A stretch of 64,000 nt of DNA from Spirochaetia bacterium (GTDB taxonomy: Bacteria; Spirochaetota; Spirochaetia; SZUA-6; Bin103), in assembly GCA_965203055.1 (NCBI GenBank), contig OZ241863.1, positions 4,480,001 to 4,544,000 on the forward strand. The letters run 5' to 3'. Position numbers and translations under genes: made by a program. Positions 12,001 through 19,547 of this stretch are shown here, piece by piece. Under the pieces are notes generated by a model. That model saw nothing but the letters and a program-made list of their open reading frames with translations. It had not been told where the DNA came from and made no database searches. How positions within the stretch are numbered: the first letter of the stretch is position 1; each line of letters starts with the position of its first letter.

Positions 12001-14965
12001 GGACGACACGGTCGACGCGCCGGACAAGGAAGTGACGGTATCGGCGACGGTAAGCGGCGACAGCGGGGTAGCGGCCCCGGCGAGCGTGACGCTGACGATC
12101 GAGGACGACGAAGCGGCGCCGGGGGTGACGTTGGCAGTGGCCGACAGCGCGATCGACGAGGACGGCGGGTCCACCACGGTGACCGCCACGCTGAGCCATG
12201 CGTCGAGCGAGACGACCACCATCACGGTGGCGGCGGTAGACGGCGCCTACACGGTCGGCGAGGACGCGACGATCGAGATCGCGGCGGGCGAGACAGCGAA
12301 CGCCGCGGACACGGTGACGATCACGGCGGTGGCCGACGCGGAGAGCACCGGCGACCGTACGGTGACGGTGACGGGAACGGCGCAGAACGGCCATAGCGTG
12401 GGGACGGTGACCGGAGCGGAGCTGACCCTCCGCGACGGCGGCGGCGACGACGGCGGCGGCGGGGTGATGGGGTTCGCGCTGAGCGGCGCGGTGGAGGACC
12501 AGGAGTGGACGCAGGGGCAGGCGATCATGCAGTTGACGCTGCCGGAAGCGACCGGCGGCGACGGAGCGGTGAACTATGCGTTGACGCCGGAGCTGCCGAG
12601 CGGCGTGAACCGGGACGCTGCCGGCCGGGAGGTGTCCGGGACGCCGGAGGCGACGCAGATGGAAACCGAATACACCTGGAGGGCGACCGACGGCGGCGGC
12701 GCGACGGCCGACGTGACGTTCACCATCGAGGTGCTGGCCGACGCGGTCCGGGACGAGCCGCCGGTGCCGCCGGTAGCGTCATCGCCGCCGGCGCAAGGGC
12801 CGGCGCCGGGACCGCCGGCCGTGGCGGTGAAGGTGTCGATCGGAGACGCTTCGATCATGGAAGGCGACGGGCGGCGGGTGGATGCCGAGTTCACGGTGAA
12901 GCTGGACCAGGCCAGCGCGGTGCCGGTCACGGTGGGGTTTGCGACCCGGGACGACACGGCGACCGCCGGGGCCGACTACGCGCAGCGCGCAGGAACGGTG
13001 ACCTTCGCGCCGGGGGAGACGCAGCGGACGATAGCGGTGCCGGTGCTGCCGGACACGACGGTGGAGGCGAACGAGGAGTTCGTGGTGGCGCTGGTGGAGC
13101 AGGAGGGGGCCGCGCTGGAACGGGCGATGGCGCGGGGGACGATCGGGGACAACGACGTGGCGCTGCTGGCGATCGACGACACGCAGGTGAAGGAAGGGGA
13201 CCGTGGCCGGTCGGCAGCCTGGTTCGAGGTGCGGATGCTCTCGAAGACGGAGCGGCCGGTGATGCTGCGCTACATGACGATGGACGGGACGGCGCGCGCC
13301 GGGGAGGACTACGAGGCGGCGAGCGAGGTGCTGGTGTTCGCGCCGGGAGAGGCGGCGAAGCGGGTATCGGTGACGGTGCTGGGAGACACGCAGCCGGAGG
13401 CGGACGAGACGTTCGGGGTGACGCTGCATGACGCCGAGCAGCGGGCGGCGAGTGCGGGGCTGGCGGCCGAGGGAGTGATCGAAGACGACGACCAGGAGCG
13501 GATGCGGCGGGCGTTGCGGCGGGCGCACGCGGAGTTTGCGCGGGTGGTGGCGACCGACGCGGTGGCGGTGATCGGGGAGCGGTTTGCGGCCGGAGGCGCG
13601 GCGGAAACGCAGCTCACGCTGAACGGGCGGCGGCTGGAGCTGGCGGGGGCCGCGGCGGGCGGCGCGGAGCCGGCGGCAGGCGCGGCCGAGTGGACGCCGG
13701 CGTCGGAGGAGGCAGCGCTGAGTCAGGTGCCGCTGCGGGAGTTCCTGGTGGGGAGTTCCTTCGATCTGGTGGGGCGGGCGCCGTTGAGCGAGGCGGGAGC
13801 GGTCGCCGCCGCGGGCGGAGGCCCGGAATGGAGCGTGTGGAGCCGGGGAGCGCTGAGCCAGTACGGCGGGCAGAGCGCGGCGCCGGGCGCCAGTTGGAAC
13901 GGGGGCGTATACGGCGGCTACCTGGGAGCGGACATCCGGGTGGCGGAGCCGCTGGTGCTGGGGTTGGCGGTGTCCCACAACGCCGGCGCGATGGAGTATC
14001 AGGAAAGCGTTGCCGACCGCGGCGACGAGTTCAAGGCGAAGGTGGAGACCTCGCTGACCAGCGTGCTGCCGTACGCTCACTGGAGGCCGCTGGAGGGCGT
14101 GAGCCTGTGGACGCTGGCGGGGGCCGGACTGGGCGGCAGCGGAGTCACCTGGGAGAGCACGCGGCTGGAAACGAGCAACACGCTGTGGCTGGGCGCGGCG
14201 GGGGCGCGGGTGGCGGTGGTGTCGTGGAACGGGTTGGACCTGGCGCTGGCGACCGACGGCTACTATGCGTCGCTGAGCGCGGAGTCGGAGGCCGCGAAGT
14301 GGCTGACGCAGGAGTTGGCGCCGGCTGGAGTGGGGCGGGTGCGGCTGCTGGCGGACGCGCGCTTCGACTGGCAGATGGCGGTCGATTCGCGGCTTGGGGT
14401 AAACCTGGAGGTGGGCGGTCGGTGGGACGCCGGGGCCGCGGCGCAGGGGTTCGGAGCGGAGCTGGGGGGAGGATTGGAGTATGTGTACACCGCGCTGGGG
14501 CTGGGAGTGCGGGCGCACGGACGGTATCTGCTGGCGCATCAGGAGCGGGAGTTTCAGGACTGGGGAGCGAGCGCGGGGCTGAGTTTCGATCCCGGGGCGC
14601 CGGGCCGCGGGCTGGCGCTGGCGGTGGCGCCGGCGTGGGGAGCGCCGGGCAGCCGGACGGAAGGAGTGTGGAGCGCGGCGCCGCTGGCGGCGGAGAGCGG
14701 CGGCGGGGCGGCGCGAGACGGCGCGGGGCTGCGCCCGGACCGGCTGGACGCGGAGCTGAGCTACGGGATTGAGATGCCTGGGGCGGCGGGGCTGGTGACG
14801 CTCTACGGCGGGCTGACGCAGGGGCAGCCGGACAGCGCCGGCTACCGGGTGGGCAGCCGTCTGGAGTTGGGCGGGCTGAGTATGGACCTGGCGCTGGACC
14901 GGCAGGAGAACCCCGGCGCCGACCCGGCCCACGGCCTCAGGCTGGAGGGCCAATTGCACTGGTAA
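2..14965 (+). CDS. Giant repetitive surface adhesin: putative Ig (He_PIG-like) repeats, Calx-beta domains, long tandem beta-sandwich array, C-terminal autotransporter-like beta-barrel; 5' end outside the window
   Basis: Frame is open from base 2 and starts mid-repeat (..VSGAP..YTWTATDADGD). Contains Ig-like repeats (LPxATGGDGxLTY..LPAGV..VSGTP) and Calx-beta-like units (VSI..V.EG..GTATAG.DY..F.PGET..GTI.DDD). The last ~380 aa are amphipathic beta strands ending in Trp (LEGQLHW). Confidence 0.85.
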   Translation, partial: GGVSRAGRRVSGAPGAAMARTQYTWTATDADGDQAALTFYVTVAADSAPSFGEAAISDLSWLQGSPITEVTLPEATGGNAPLTYGIATPGSTRVGTQGLPQGIELDGRVLKGTPTEVQESSDVDYAWLVVDADGDTAELTFDIEVYADLLPSFGDAALADRTWTQRQAITAFTLPAATGGDGDLTYALTPDLPAGVVRDAATREVSGTPTAALAATTYTWAATDADGDTVELTFTAAVDGIPTFGDAAIADVTWTKGKAIDAFTLPEAAGGDGRLTYTLAPDPPAGVVRDTTTREVSGTPTGGLARSGFRWRVRDEDGDEAVLEFHVTIVIPPAVTLALSASTIDESGTANTATVTAALDKASSADTTVTVAAAAGANAAAGDFTLSTAKTLTIAAGATTSTGTVTIAAVDNAKDEHDKSVIVSGSAANDDLVTGPANLTLTITDDDAAPTVSIAAASVTEGPAGSTATLAIPVSLSAASGKQVTVPYEEGTGGTATAGTDYTALSPGSLTIAAGETSGTVDVSVTGDGDAEPDETVKVVLTGSVNAALGTATGTGTIVDDDPSATSALVLTPSTIDESGAGNEARVTATLSQAVNGATTVTVSATAGTNAEAGDFTLSTAKTLTIAAGATTSTGAVTITAEDNGDAELDKSVTVSGTVDNGNVSAPDAVTLTIADDDRPPTPTLFIDAPKVAEGGPDDPMKSNSLTWTVTLTPASDREVRVSVALDQEAGTATAGTDHGYLPRPQLAFSPGETGKKISVSVHGDSTVEPDETVVVALSDPVNAELGDTSGTGTILDDDAPTVTLAVADSAIAENGGTTTVTATLSGASSAATTVTVTTVAGSYTVGSDATITIAAGKTANAADSVTITAVDDEVDNVGDRSVTVAGTASNTKGVGTVTGASLTLTDDEATPEAALVLSAETIDEHDGTDPGVSAVTAALSHASSKAVTLTVAAAPGTNTVAGDFSLSSTKTLTIAAGETESTSRVTIGSGATAGAVTVTAVDDTTDAPDKEVTVTAAVGGDSGIAAPPSVTLTIEDDEVAPGVTLAVADSSVAEDGGTTTVTATLSHASSAATTVTVTAVEGSYTVGEDATIEIAAGETASAADTATITAVNDDVDNVGNRTATVSGTAQNSQGAGTVIGAALTLTDDEATPTATLALSAETIDEHDGTNPGKATVTASLSRASSEAVTLTVAAAAGTNAAAGDFSLSDATTLTVAAGATSSTGTVTVTAVDNTTDAPDKEVTVTAAVSGDSGIAAPASVTLTIEDDEAAPGVTLAVADSSVAEDGGTTTVTATLSHASSAATTVTVTAVDGAYTVGPDATIEIASGETANAADTVTITAVNDDVDNVGDRSVTVSGTAQNGQGVGTVTGAALTLTDDEATPTATLALSAETIDEHDGSVAGSATVTASLDRASSEAVTLTVAAAAGTNAAAGDFSLSDATTLTVAAGATSSTGTVTVTAVDDTTDAPDKEVTVSAAVSGGSGIAAPASVTLTIEDDEAAPGVTLAVADSSIAEDGGTTTVTATLSHASSAATTVTVTAVDGSYTVGEDATIEIAAGETANAADTVTIAAVNDDVDNVGDRSVTVSGTAQNSQGAGSVTGAALTLTDDEATPTATLALSAETIDEHDGSVAGSATVTASLDRASSEAVTLTVAAAAGTNAAAGDFSLSSAKTLSIAAGATSSTGTVTVTAVDDTADAPDKEVTVTAAVSGDSGIAAPASVTLTIEDDEAAPGVTLAVADSAIAENGGTTTVTATLSHASSAAATITVTAVTGAYTVGEDATITIAAGATANAADTVTIAAVNDDVDNVGNRSVTVSGTAQNSQGVGTVTGASLTLTDDEGAPTATLTLSAETIDEHDGTNPGKATVTATLNRASSEAVTLTVAAAAGTNAVAGDFSLSSTKTLSIAAGATSSTGTVTVTAVDDTTDAPDKEVTVSAAVGGDSGIAAPASVTLTIEDDEAAPEVTLAVTDSSIAEDGGTTTVTATLSHASSAATTVTVTAVDGSYTVSDDATIEIAAGETANVTDSVTITAVNDAIDNVGSRAVTVSGTAQNSQGVGTVTGASLTLTDDEATPTVTLALSAETIDEHDGTNPGKATVTATLNRASSEAVTLTVAAAAGTNAAAGDFSLSSTKTLSIAAGATTSTGTVTVTAVDNTTDAPDKEVTVTAAVSGDSGIAAPAAQTLTIEDDEAAPGVTLALADSAINENGGTTTVTATLSHASSAATTITVQPVTGAYTVGTAATIEIAAGETANASDSVTITAENDAINNVGGQPVTVGGAAQNSHGVGTVTGASLTFKGRLVLNRETGEAAPGVTLAVADSAINENGGTTTVTATLSHASSAATTITVQPVSGAYTVGTDATIEIAAGETANTADTATITAVNDDVDNVGDRSVTVSGTAQNSQGVGTVTGASLTLTDDEATPTVTLALSAETIDEHDGTNPGKATVTASLDRASSEAVTLTVTAAAGTNAAAGDFSLSSAKTLSIAAGATSSTGTVTVTAVDNTVDAPDKEVTVTATVSGNSGIAAPASVTLTIEDDEAAPGVTLALADSAINENGGTTTVTATLSHASSAATTITVQPVTGAYTVGTAATIEIAAGETANASDSVTITAENDAINNVGGQPVTVGGAAQNSHGVGTVTGASLTFKGRLVLNRETGEAAPGVTLAVADSAIAENGGTTTVTATLSHASSAATTITVQPVSGAYTVGTDATIEIAAGETANTADTATITAVNDDVDNVGDRSVTVSGTAQNSQGVGTVTGASLTLTDDEATPTVTLALSPETVDEHDGANPGKATVTATLNRASSEAVTLTVAAAAGTNAAAGDFSLSSAKTLSIAAGATTSTGTVTVTAVDDPTDAPDKEVTVTAAVSGDSGVAAPASKTLTIEDDEAAPGVTLAVTDSSVAENGGTTTVTATLSHASSAATTITVQPVSGAYTVGSDATITIAAGATANTADTATITAVNDDVDNVGNRTATVSGTAQNSQGVGTVTGASLTLTDDEATPTATLVLSPETIDENNGTNPGKTTVTASLNRASSEAVTLTVAAAAGTNAVAGDFNLSSAKTLSIAAGATSSTGTVTVTAVDDTTDAPDKEVTVTAAVSGDSGVAAPASKTLTIEDDEAAPGVTLAVADSSIAENGGSTTVTATLSHPSSAATTITVQPVSGAYTVGSDATITIAAGATANAADTATITAVNDAIDNVGNRTATVSGTAQNSQGVGMVTGASLTLTDDEGAPTATLALSPETIDEHDGTNPGKATVTATLNRASSEAVTLTVAVAAGKNAAAGDFTLSSTKTLSIAAGATTSTGTVTVTAVDNTADAPDKEVTVTAAVTGDSGVAAPASVTLTIEDDEAAPGVTLAVADSAIAENGGTTTVTATLSHASSATTTITVQPVTGAYTVGSDATITIGAGETSNAADTATITAVNDAVDNVGNRTATVSGTAQNSQGVGTVTGASLTLTDDEGAPTATLVLSPETIDEHDGTNPGKATVTASLNRASSEAVTLTVSAAAGTNAAAGDFTLSSTTTLSIAAGATSSTGTVTVTAVDDAVDAPDKEVTVTAAVSGDSGIAAPASVTLTIEDDEAAPGVTLAVADSAIAENGGSTTVTATLSHASSAATTITVQPVTGAYTVGSDATITIAAGATANTADTVTITAVNDAIDNVGNRTVTVSGTAQNSQGVGTVTGASLTLTDDEGAPTAMLALSPETIDEHDGTNPGKATVTASLDRASSEAVTLTVSAAAGTNAAAGDFSLSSTKTLSIAAGATTSTGTVTVTAVDDTTDAPDKEVTVTATVSGDSGIAAPAAQTLTIEDDEAAPGVTLAVADSAIVENGGTTTVTATLSHASSAATTITVTAVDGAYTVGTDATIEIAAGETANAADTVTITAVDDAIDNTVNRTVTVSGTAQNSQGVGTVTGASLTLTDDEGAPTATLALSPETIAEHDGTDPGKATLTATLNRASSEAVTLTVSAAAGTNAAAGDFTLSSTTTLSIAAGATSSTGEVTVTAVDDTVDAPDKEVTVSATVSGDSGVAAPASVTLTIEDDEAAPGVTLAVADSAIDEDGGSTTVTATLSHASSETTTITVAAVDGAYTVGEDATIEIAAGETANAADTVTITAVADAESTGDRTVTVTGTAQNGHSVGTVTGAELTLRDGGGDDGGGGVMGFALSGAVEDQEWTQGQAIMQLTLPEATGGDGAVNYALTPELPSGVNRDAAGREVSGTPEATQMETEYTWRATDGGGATADVTFTIEVLADAVRDEPPVPPVASSPPAQGPAPGPPAVAVKVSIGDASIMEGDGRRVDAEFTVKLDQASAVPVTVGFATRDDTATAGADYAQRAGTVTFAPGETQRTIAVPVLPDTTVEANEEFVVALVEQEGAALERAMARGTIGDNDVALLAIDDTQVKEGDRGRSAAWFEVRMLSKTERPVMLRYMTMDGTARAGEDYEAASEVLVFAPGEAAKRVSVTVLGDTQPEADETFGVTLHDAEQRAASAGLAAEGVIEDDDQERMRRALRRAHAEFARVVATDAVAVIGERFAAGGAAETQLTLNGRRLELAGAAAGGAEPAAGAAEWTPASEEAALSQVPLREFLVGSSFDLVGRAPLSEAGAVAAAGGGPEWSVWSRGALSQYGGQSAAPGASWNGGVYGGYLGADIRVAEPLVLGLAVSHNAGAMEYQESVADRGDEFKAKVETSLTSVLPYAHWRPLEGVSLWTLAGAGLGGSGVTWESTRLETSNTLWLGAAGARVAVVSWNGLDLALATDGYYASLSAESEAAKWLTQELAPAGVGRVRLLADARFDWQMAVDSRLGVNLEVGGRWDAGAAAQGFGAELGGGLEYVYTALGLGVRAHGRYLLAHQEREFQDWGASAGLSFDPGAPGRGLALAVAPAWGAPGSRTEGVWSAAPLAAESGGGAARDGAGLRPDRLDAELSYGIEMPGAAGLVTLYGGLTQGQPDSAGYRVGSRLELGGLSMDLALDRQENPGADPAHGLRLEGQLHW
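2400..12435 (+). repeat. Intragenic tandem array, 690-bp (230 aa) two-domain A+B unit; 13 B domains, about 16 A domains
   Basis: gacaaggaagtgacg (DKEVT) recurs near 3030, 3720, 4410, 5100, 5790, 6480, 7527, 8575, 9265, 9955, 10645, 11335 and 12025; spacings are 690 x5, about 1047 x2, 690 x5. Confidence 0.95.
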
Positions 14966-15006
14966 GCCGTGAAGGAGGATGGCGCCGGCGGGCCGGGAGC
15001 GGCGTG

Positions 15007-16110
15007 CTACTCCGCGGTGGCGGTCCGGTGCCGGTTGAGCAGCTCCCAGTCGATCCGGTAGCCGAGTCCCGGCTCGGTCGGGGCGTGCACCAGGCCGCGG
15101 TCGTCCACCGCTATATCCTCCACCAAGCCGTACCGGTTGGCCCCGGTGCAGGGAAAGAACTCGTAGTACTCGCAGTTGGGCACCGCCATGGTCACGTGCA
15201 GGTTCGCGACGTTGTTCAGGCTGTTGCCGCCGTGATGGATCTCGCAGCGCATGTTGAACCCTTCCGCCAGGTGGCACTGGCGCACCAGGGGCGTGATGCC
15301 GCCGGTCACCGCTACGTCGCCGCGCAGCATGTCGGTGGCGTAGCGGGTGATCCACGCCGCCATGCCGTAGAACCGACCCGGCGCGTACTCGGTGGACATG
15401 ATCGGAATGTCCAGCTTCTGCCTCAGCTTGACGTAGCCGTAGAGGTCCTCCTCCACCAGCGGATCTTCGTACCAGTAGTAGTCGAGCTCCTCGATGGCCC
15501 GGCCCACGCGCAGCGCGTCGGCGTACTGGTAGGCCCACATCGAATCGAGCATCAGGGTCATGTCGCCGCCCACCGCGGCGCGCACCGCCGCGCAGATCTC
15601 CACGTCGGCCCGCGGGTCGCCGTGCGGGTGGAGTTTGTGCGCCGTCCACCCCTGTTGTTGGAAGCGCACCGCCTCCTCGGCGTACTCCTCCTTGGTGGCG
15701 TGAAACGCGGTGCTGGAGTAGGCCGGTACCGAGTCCTTGCAGGTGCCGAGCAGGCGGTGGATCGGCTGGCCGGCAAGCTGGCCATTGATGTCCCACAGGC
15801 AGACGTCGATTGCGCCGATGGCCCGGGTCGACACTACGCGGTTCAGCTTCCACATGCGCCTCCAGAGCTTGCCGATATCCTGCGGGTTGCAGCCCAGGAG
15901 CAGCGGTTTGAGGTACTGGATCAGCCCCCGGACGCAGTGCTCGGCGCCGGCCATGGACGATCCCAGGAAGGCGTTGCCGCGGATCCCGGCGTCGGTCTCG
16001 ACGGTGACGACACCGAGCTGCACCGTGCCGCCGAAGGCGGTGCCCGACCCGATCTTCCACGACTCAGTCTGCCAGTTGCAGAGGTCTACCTTGACGTTGG
16101 TGATCTTCAC
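15007..16110 (-). CDS. Mandelate racemase/muconate lactonizing enzyme family (enolase superfamily) protein
   Basis: AIGAIDVCLWDI capping motif, KxH (HKLH), metal ligands in LMLDS / WYEDP / STEY, EIHH, and PTEPGLG terminus. Confidence 0.9.
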   Translation of the reverse strand: MKITNVKVDLCNWQTESWKIGSGTAFGGTVQLGVVTVETDAGIRGNAFLGSSMAGAEHCVRGLIQYLKPLLLGCNPQDIGKLWRRMWKLNRVVSTRAIGAIDVCLWDINGQLAGQPIHRLLGTCKDSVPAYSSTAFHATKEEYAEEAVRFQQQGWTAHKLHPHGDPRADVEICAAVRAAVGGDMTLMLDSMWAYQYADALRVGRAIEELDYYWYEDPLVEEDLYGYVKLRQKLDIPIMSTEYAPGRFYGMAAWITRYATDMLRGDVAVTGGITPLVRQCHLAEGFNMRCEIHHGGNSLNNVANLHVTMAVPNCEYYEFFPCTGANRYGLVEDIAVDDRGLVHAPTEPGLGYRIDWELLNRHRTATAE

Positions 16111-16198
16111 TTGCAGGTCGTCTCCACCCGCGCATGGTACCCGATTCCGCGCCTTACGGTCGTTGACGACGGCAACGGGCGCCCGTAAGGTGGCGCTC

Positions 16199-17188
16199 GT
16201 GCTGACGCAACGCCTGTTGGAGCAGATCGAGCGGGCGCTGGCGGCGGCGCTGGCGAGCTCGCCCGCGGCCGGCGCGCCACTTCAGATCGAAGCGCCGGGC
16301 CGCGACCTGCTGGCGCGGGGCGGCAAGCGCTGGCGCCCCCTGCTGCTGGCGTTGACCTGCCGCCTCTGCGGCGGTCCCGAAGCCGCCGCGGTCGCGCTCG
16401 CACCGCTGGTGGAGCTGGCTCACACCGGCAGCCTGATCATCGACGACATCGAAGATGGCGCCGACCTGCGCCGCGGCGCGCCGGCCGCGCACCTGCGCCA
16501 CGGCCTGGACTTGGCCATCAACGCGGGCAACCTGTTTTACTTCCTGCCGGAGCGGTGCATCGCGGCGGCGCGCCTCGATCCGGCCGCGGAACTGCAGGTT
16601 TACCGCCTCTACCTGCAGGCGATGGTGCGCCTCCACTACGGGCAGGGACTGGACATCCTGTGGCACCGGCAACCGGACCGGGTGCCGGAGTTGGCCGAGT
16701 ACTTCGCCATGTGCCGCGGCAAGTCGGGCAGTCTGGCGGGGCTGGCCACCAGCCTCGGCGCCGTGCTGGCCGCGGCCCCCGCCGGCCTCGTCGACCTGCT
16801 GCGCCGCGCCGGCGAGGAGTTCGGCGTCTGCTTCCAGATCATCGACGACGTGCGCAACCTGACCACCGGCAATCCGGGCAAGCGCCGCGGCGACGATCTG
16901 CAGGAGGGAAAGAAGAGCCTGCCGGTGATCCTCTACTGCAGCCGCGGCGCCGCGTTCCGGAGCCGCATGGTGGAACGGCTCGCCGCCTGCTCGGACGCCG
17001 CCGCCGGGTCCGGCGCGGTGGAGGAGACCATCGCCCTGCTGCGCCAGGCGGGGGTGATCGAGGAGGCGCGCGGCATGGCGCGCGGCAGGTACCGGCGCGT
17101 CATACGGGAGCTGGAACAGGACCCGACGATTGCCTGTGGTGAGTCGTGGGCGGCCCTGAAGGCGGTCACCGGCGCACTCATCGGTTGA
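16199..17188 (+). CDS. Polyprenyl diphosphate synthase (GGPP synthase-like)
   Basis: GGKRWRP, FARM SLIIDDIED..LRRG, GQGLD, SARM FQIIDDVRN, GDDLQEGKKSLP. Start placed at a GTG after TAAGGTGG; 16190 is an alternative. Confidence 0.9.
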   Translation: MLTQRLLEQIERALAAALASSPAAGAPLQIEAPGRDLLARGGKRWRPLLLALTCRLCGGPEAAAVALAPLVELAHTGSLIIDDIEDGADLRRGAPAAHLRHGLDLAINAGNLFYFLPERCIAAARLDPAAELQVYRLYLQAMVRLHYGQGLDILWHRQPDRVPELAEYFAMCRGKSGSLAGLATSLGAVLAAAPAGLVDLLRRAGEEFGVCFQIIDDVRNLTTGNPGKRRGDDLQEGKKSLPVILYCSRGAAFRSRMVERLAACSDAAAGSGAVEETIALLRQAGVIEEARGMARGRYRRVIRELEQDPTIACGESWAALKAVTGALIG

Positions 17189-17288
17189 CGGCGCAACGGC
17201 CCGTACCGGGCGCACAGCGTGCGGGCGCACTGCGGGCGCGCGGACGCCCGTTTGCCTCCGCGCGGAGCGGCCGGTACCTTCTCACAGC

Positions 17289-17912
17289 ATGAGGAACGGC
17301 CGGCGCCAACTCCTGGCCTACCGCTACTACAACGCCACCACGGTGCTCATCGTCGCCAACGTGGCGGTGTTCCTGCTGGAGCTTACCAGCCGCAGCGTGG
17401 TCCGCGATTTTGCCTTGATTCCGCCGGAGGCGGCCGGCGGGCGCTGGTGGACCCTCGTTACCTACATGTTCCTGCACTCCACCGGTTCGCTGTATCACAT
17501 CATCTTCAACATGCTCGGTCTGATGTGGTTCGGCGCACCGGTGGAACGGCAGATCGGGAGTCACGAGTTTCTCAGCCTCTACCTTGTCTGCGGCGTCGCC
17601 GCCGGGCTGTTCGCCATGCTCTTTTCGCTTGACCGCGCAGTTGCCATCATCGGCGCCTCCGGCGCCCTGTTCGCGGTCATGCTGGCCTTCGCCACCCTGT
17701 TTCCCGATTCGGTAATCTACGCGTTCTGGTTCGTTCCCATGCGGGCGCCGCTGGCGGTGCTGATCTTCGCCGGGATCGCCGTGTTCGGCACCATGACCGG
17801 GTTCTCTCCCGGGGTCTCCCATCTCACCCACCTCGGGGGGTTGATCGCCGGCGCCTTGTACGTGTGGCTGCGCCTCGGCAGGAACCCGCTGGACTCGTTC
17901 TTCCGGCGGTAA
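17289..17912 (+). CDS. Rhomboid family intramembrane serine protease
   Basis: WWTLVTYMFLH, HIIFNM, catalytic GASG and HLTHLGG. Confidence 0.93.
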   Translation: MRNGRRQLLAYRYYNATTVLIVANVAVFLLELTSRSVVRDFALIPPEAAGGRWWTLVTYMFLHSTGSLYHIIFNMLGLMWFGAPVERQIGSHEFLSLYLVCGVAAGLFAMLFSLDRAVAIIGASGALFAVMLAFATLFPDSVIYAFWFVPMRAPLAVLIFAGIAVFGTMTGFSPGVSHLTHLGGLIAGALYVWLRLGRNPLDSFFRR

Positions 17913-17918
17913 GCGGAC

Positions 17919-19535
17919 GTGACGTCAGTGGCCGGCAGCGCGCGGGCAGCCGCGCTCATCGCCATGGCGGCGGCCACCTGCCTGGGAGCTCCCCGGCTCG
18001 CGGCCCAGAGCGACGCCGCCGCGGCCCCCGCGCTGGTGGTGGCCTATCCGGCGCAGCAGTTCTCCCTCGATCCGCTGCACACCTTCTCGACCACCGAGGC
18101 GCAGCTCTTCACCGCCGTCTACGAAGGACTGGTGGCCTATGATCCCATTACCCTCAACCCGGTGGCCGGGCAGGCGGAACGTTGGGAGATTTCGCGCGAC
18201 CGCACCACCTACACTTTTCATCTGCGGCCCGACGCCCGCTTCTCGAACGGCGACCCGTTGCACGCCGAGGACTTCCGCGCGTCCTGGCTGCGCGTCCTGG
18301 ACCCCGGCGCGGCGGCTGAGTATTCGTTCCTGTTCGACGTCATCGAGGGAGTCGCCGAGTACCGCAGCGGCGAGGTGGACGATCCCCGGCGCGTCGGCAT
18401 CCGCGCCGTGAGCGACCGGGTGCTGGAAGTGGAACTCGCCGAACCGGCCGATCACTTCCTCAAGGTACTCGCCCATCACAGCTTCTCCGCCATCCATCCC
18501 AGCTACCTCGGCGCCGTGAACTGGGACCGCGCCGGCCAACTGATCGGCAACGGTCCATTCCGGGTGACCTCATGGACCGAGCGGGAGCTGGCGCTGGAGC
18601 GCAACGAGCACTACTGGGGCCGCACGCAGGTGGAACTGGAGCGGGTGGTGATCCGCTTCTTCGACGAACCGGAGGCGGTCACGCGCGGGTTCCTGCAGGG
18701 CGACATCCACTGGGCGAATATCTGGGCCGACGACCGCCAGCTCAGCCCCTACGTGGTGGTCAATCCGCTGTTCGCGACTACCTACTTCTACTTCCGCAGC
18801 GACCGCGAGCCGTTCGACGACGAGCGGGTACGGCACGGCCTGGCGCTGCTGCTGCCGTGGGACGAGCTCCGCAGCTCGTCGATTTCTTTCCCCAGCGACG
18901 TGCTGGTGCCGGACATCGCCGACTATCCCGAGGTGGCAGGCATTCGCGAACGCGACGAACGGCGCGGATTGAGACTACTCGATCAGGCCGGCTTCGCGCG
19001 CGGCCGCGGGCTGCCGGCCATCAGCATCAAGGTGGCGGCCGGCAGCGCCGCGGTAGCGCCCGCCGAGCTGATGCGGGACACCTGGGAGGGCCTGCTGGGG
19101 GTAGAGGTGACCGTCCAGGAGTTTCGCTACCGCGACCTGCTGGAGGAGATTCGCGGCGGCGACTTCACCTTGGCCCACCAGACCTGGGTGGGGGACTTCG
19201 CCGATCCCCTTACCTTCCTGCAAATGTGGATGCGCTCCAGCAATCTCAACGACGCGCGCTACCTCAACCGCCAGTACGACCGCGCGGTGCAACGGGCGCT
19301 GCGCGCCGCCGGTGCGGAGCGCCTGCAGGCCTTGGCGCAGGCCGAGGAAATGCTGCTGGACGAGGCCGTGATCCTTCCCCTCAGCCACATGGTCGCCTTC
19401 AATCTGGTCAACCGAGGCCGCGTGGACGGCTGGTTTCCCAACGCGCTCGACATCCACCCGTTCCGCTTCATCCGCTTTCGAGCGGTCCAGGGACCGCGCG
19501 GAGTGGCCGCCGCGCCCGCCGCCTCCGGGGGCTGA
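17919..19535 (+). CDS. Peptide ABC transporter substrate-binding protein (OppA family)
   Basis: Signal peptide, SLDP, YEGLV, TYTFHLRPDARFSNGDPL, GNGPF, W.GDFADP..FL. Confidence 0.9.
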   Translation: MTSVAGSARAAALIAMAAATCLGAPRLAAQSDAAAAPALVVAYPAQQFSLDPLHTFSTTEAQLFTAVYEGLVAYDPITLNPVAGQAERWEISRDRTTYTFHLRPDARFSNGDPLHAEDFRASWLRVLDPGAAAEYSFLFDVIEGVAEYRSGEVDDPRRVGIRAVSDRVLEVELAEPADHFLKVLAHHSFSAIHPSYLGAVNWDRAGQLIGNGPFRVTSWTERELALERNEHYWGRTQVELERVVIRFFDEPEAVTRGFLQGDIHWANIWADDRQLSPYVVVNPLFATTYFYFRSDREPFDDERVRHGLALLLPWDELRSSSISFPSDVLVPDIADYPEVAGIRERDERRGLRLLDQAGFARGRGLPAISIKVAAGSAAVAPAELMRDTWEGLLGVEVTVQEFRYRDLLEEIRGGDFTLAHQTWVGDFADPLTFLQMWMRSSNLNDARYLNRQYDRAVQRALRAAGAERLQALAQAEEMLLDEAVILPLSHMVAFNLVNRGRVDGWFPNALDIHPFRFIRFRAVQGPRGVAAAPAASGG

Positions 19536-19547
19536 GCGGGTACCGGA

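Noticed and set aside
2400..12435. Regular repeats as a possible CRISPR array
   Set aside because: The whole 690-bp unit is repeated and protein-coding; there are no unique spacers or cas genes.
760..14772. Many long antisense and alternate-frame ORFs within the giant gene
   Set aside because: Shadows of extreme ACG/GTG/GCG codon bias and high GC; they repeat with the same 690-bp period and carry no independent motifs.
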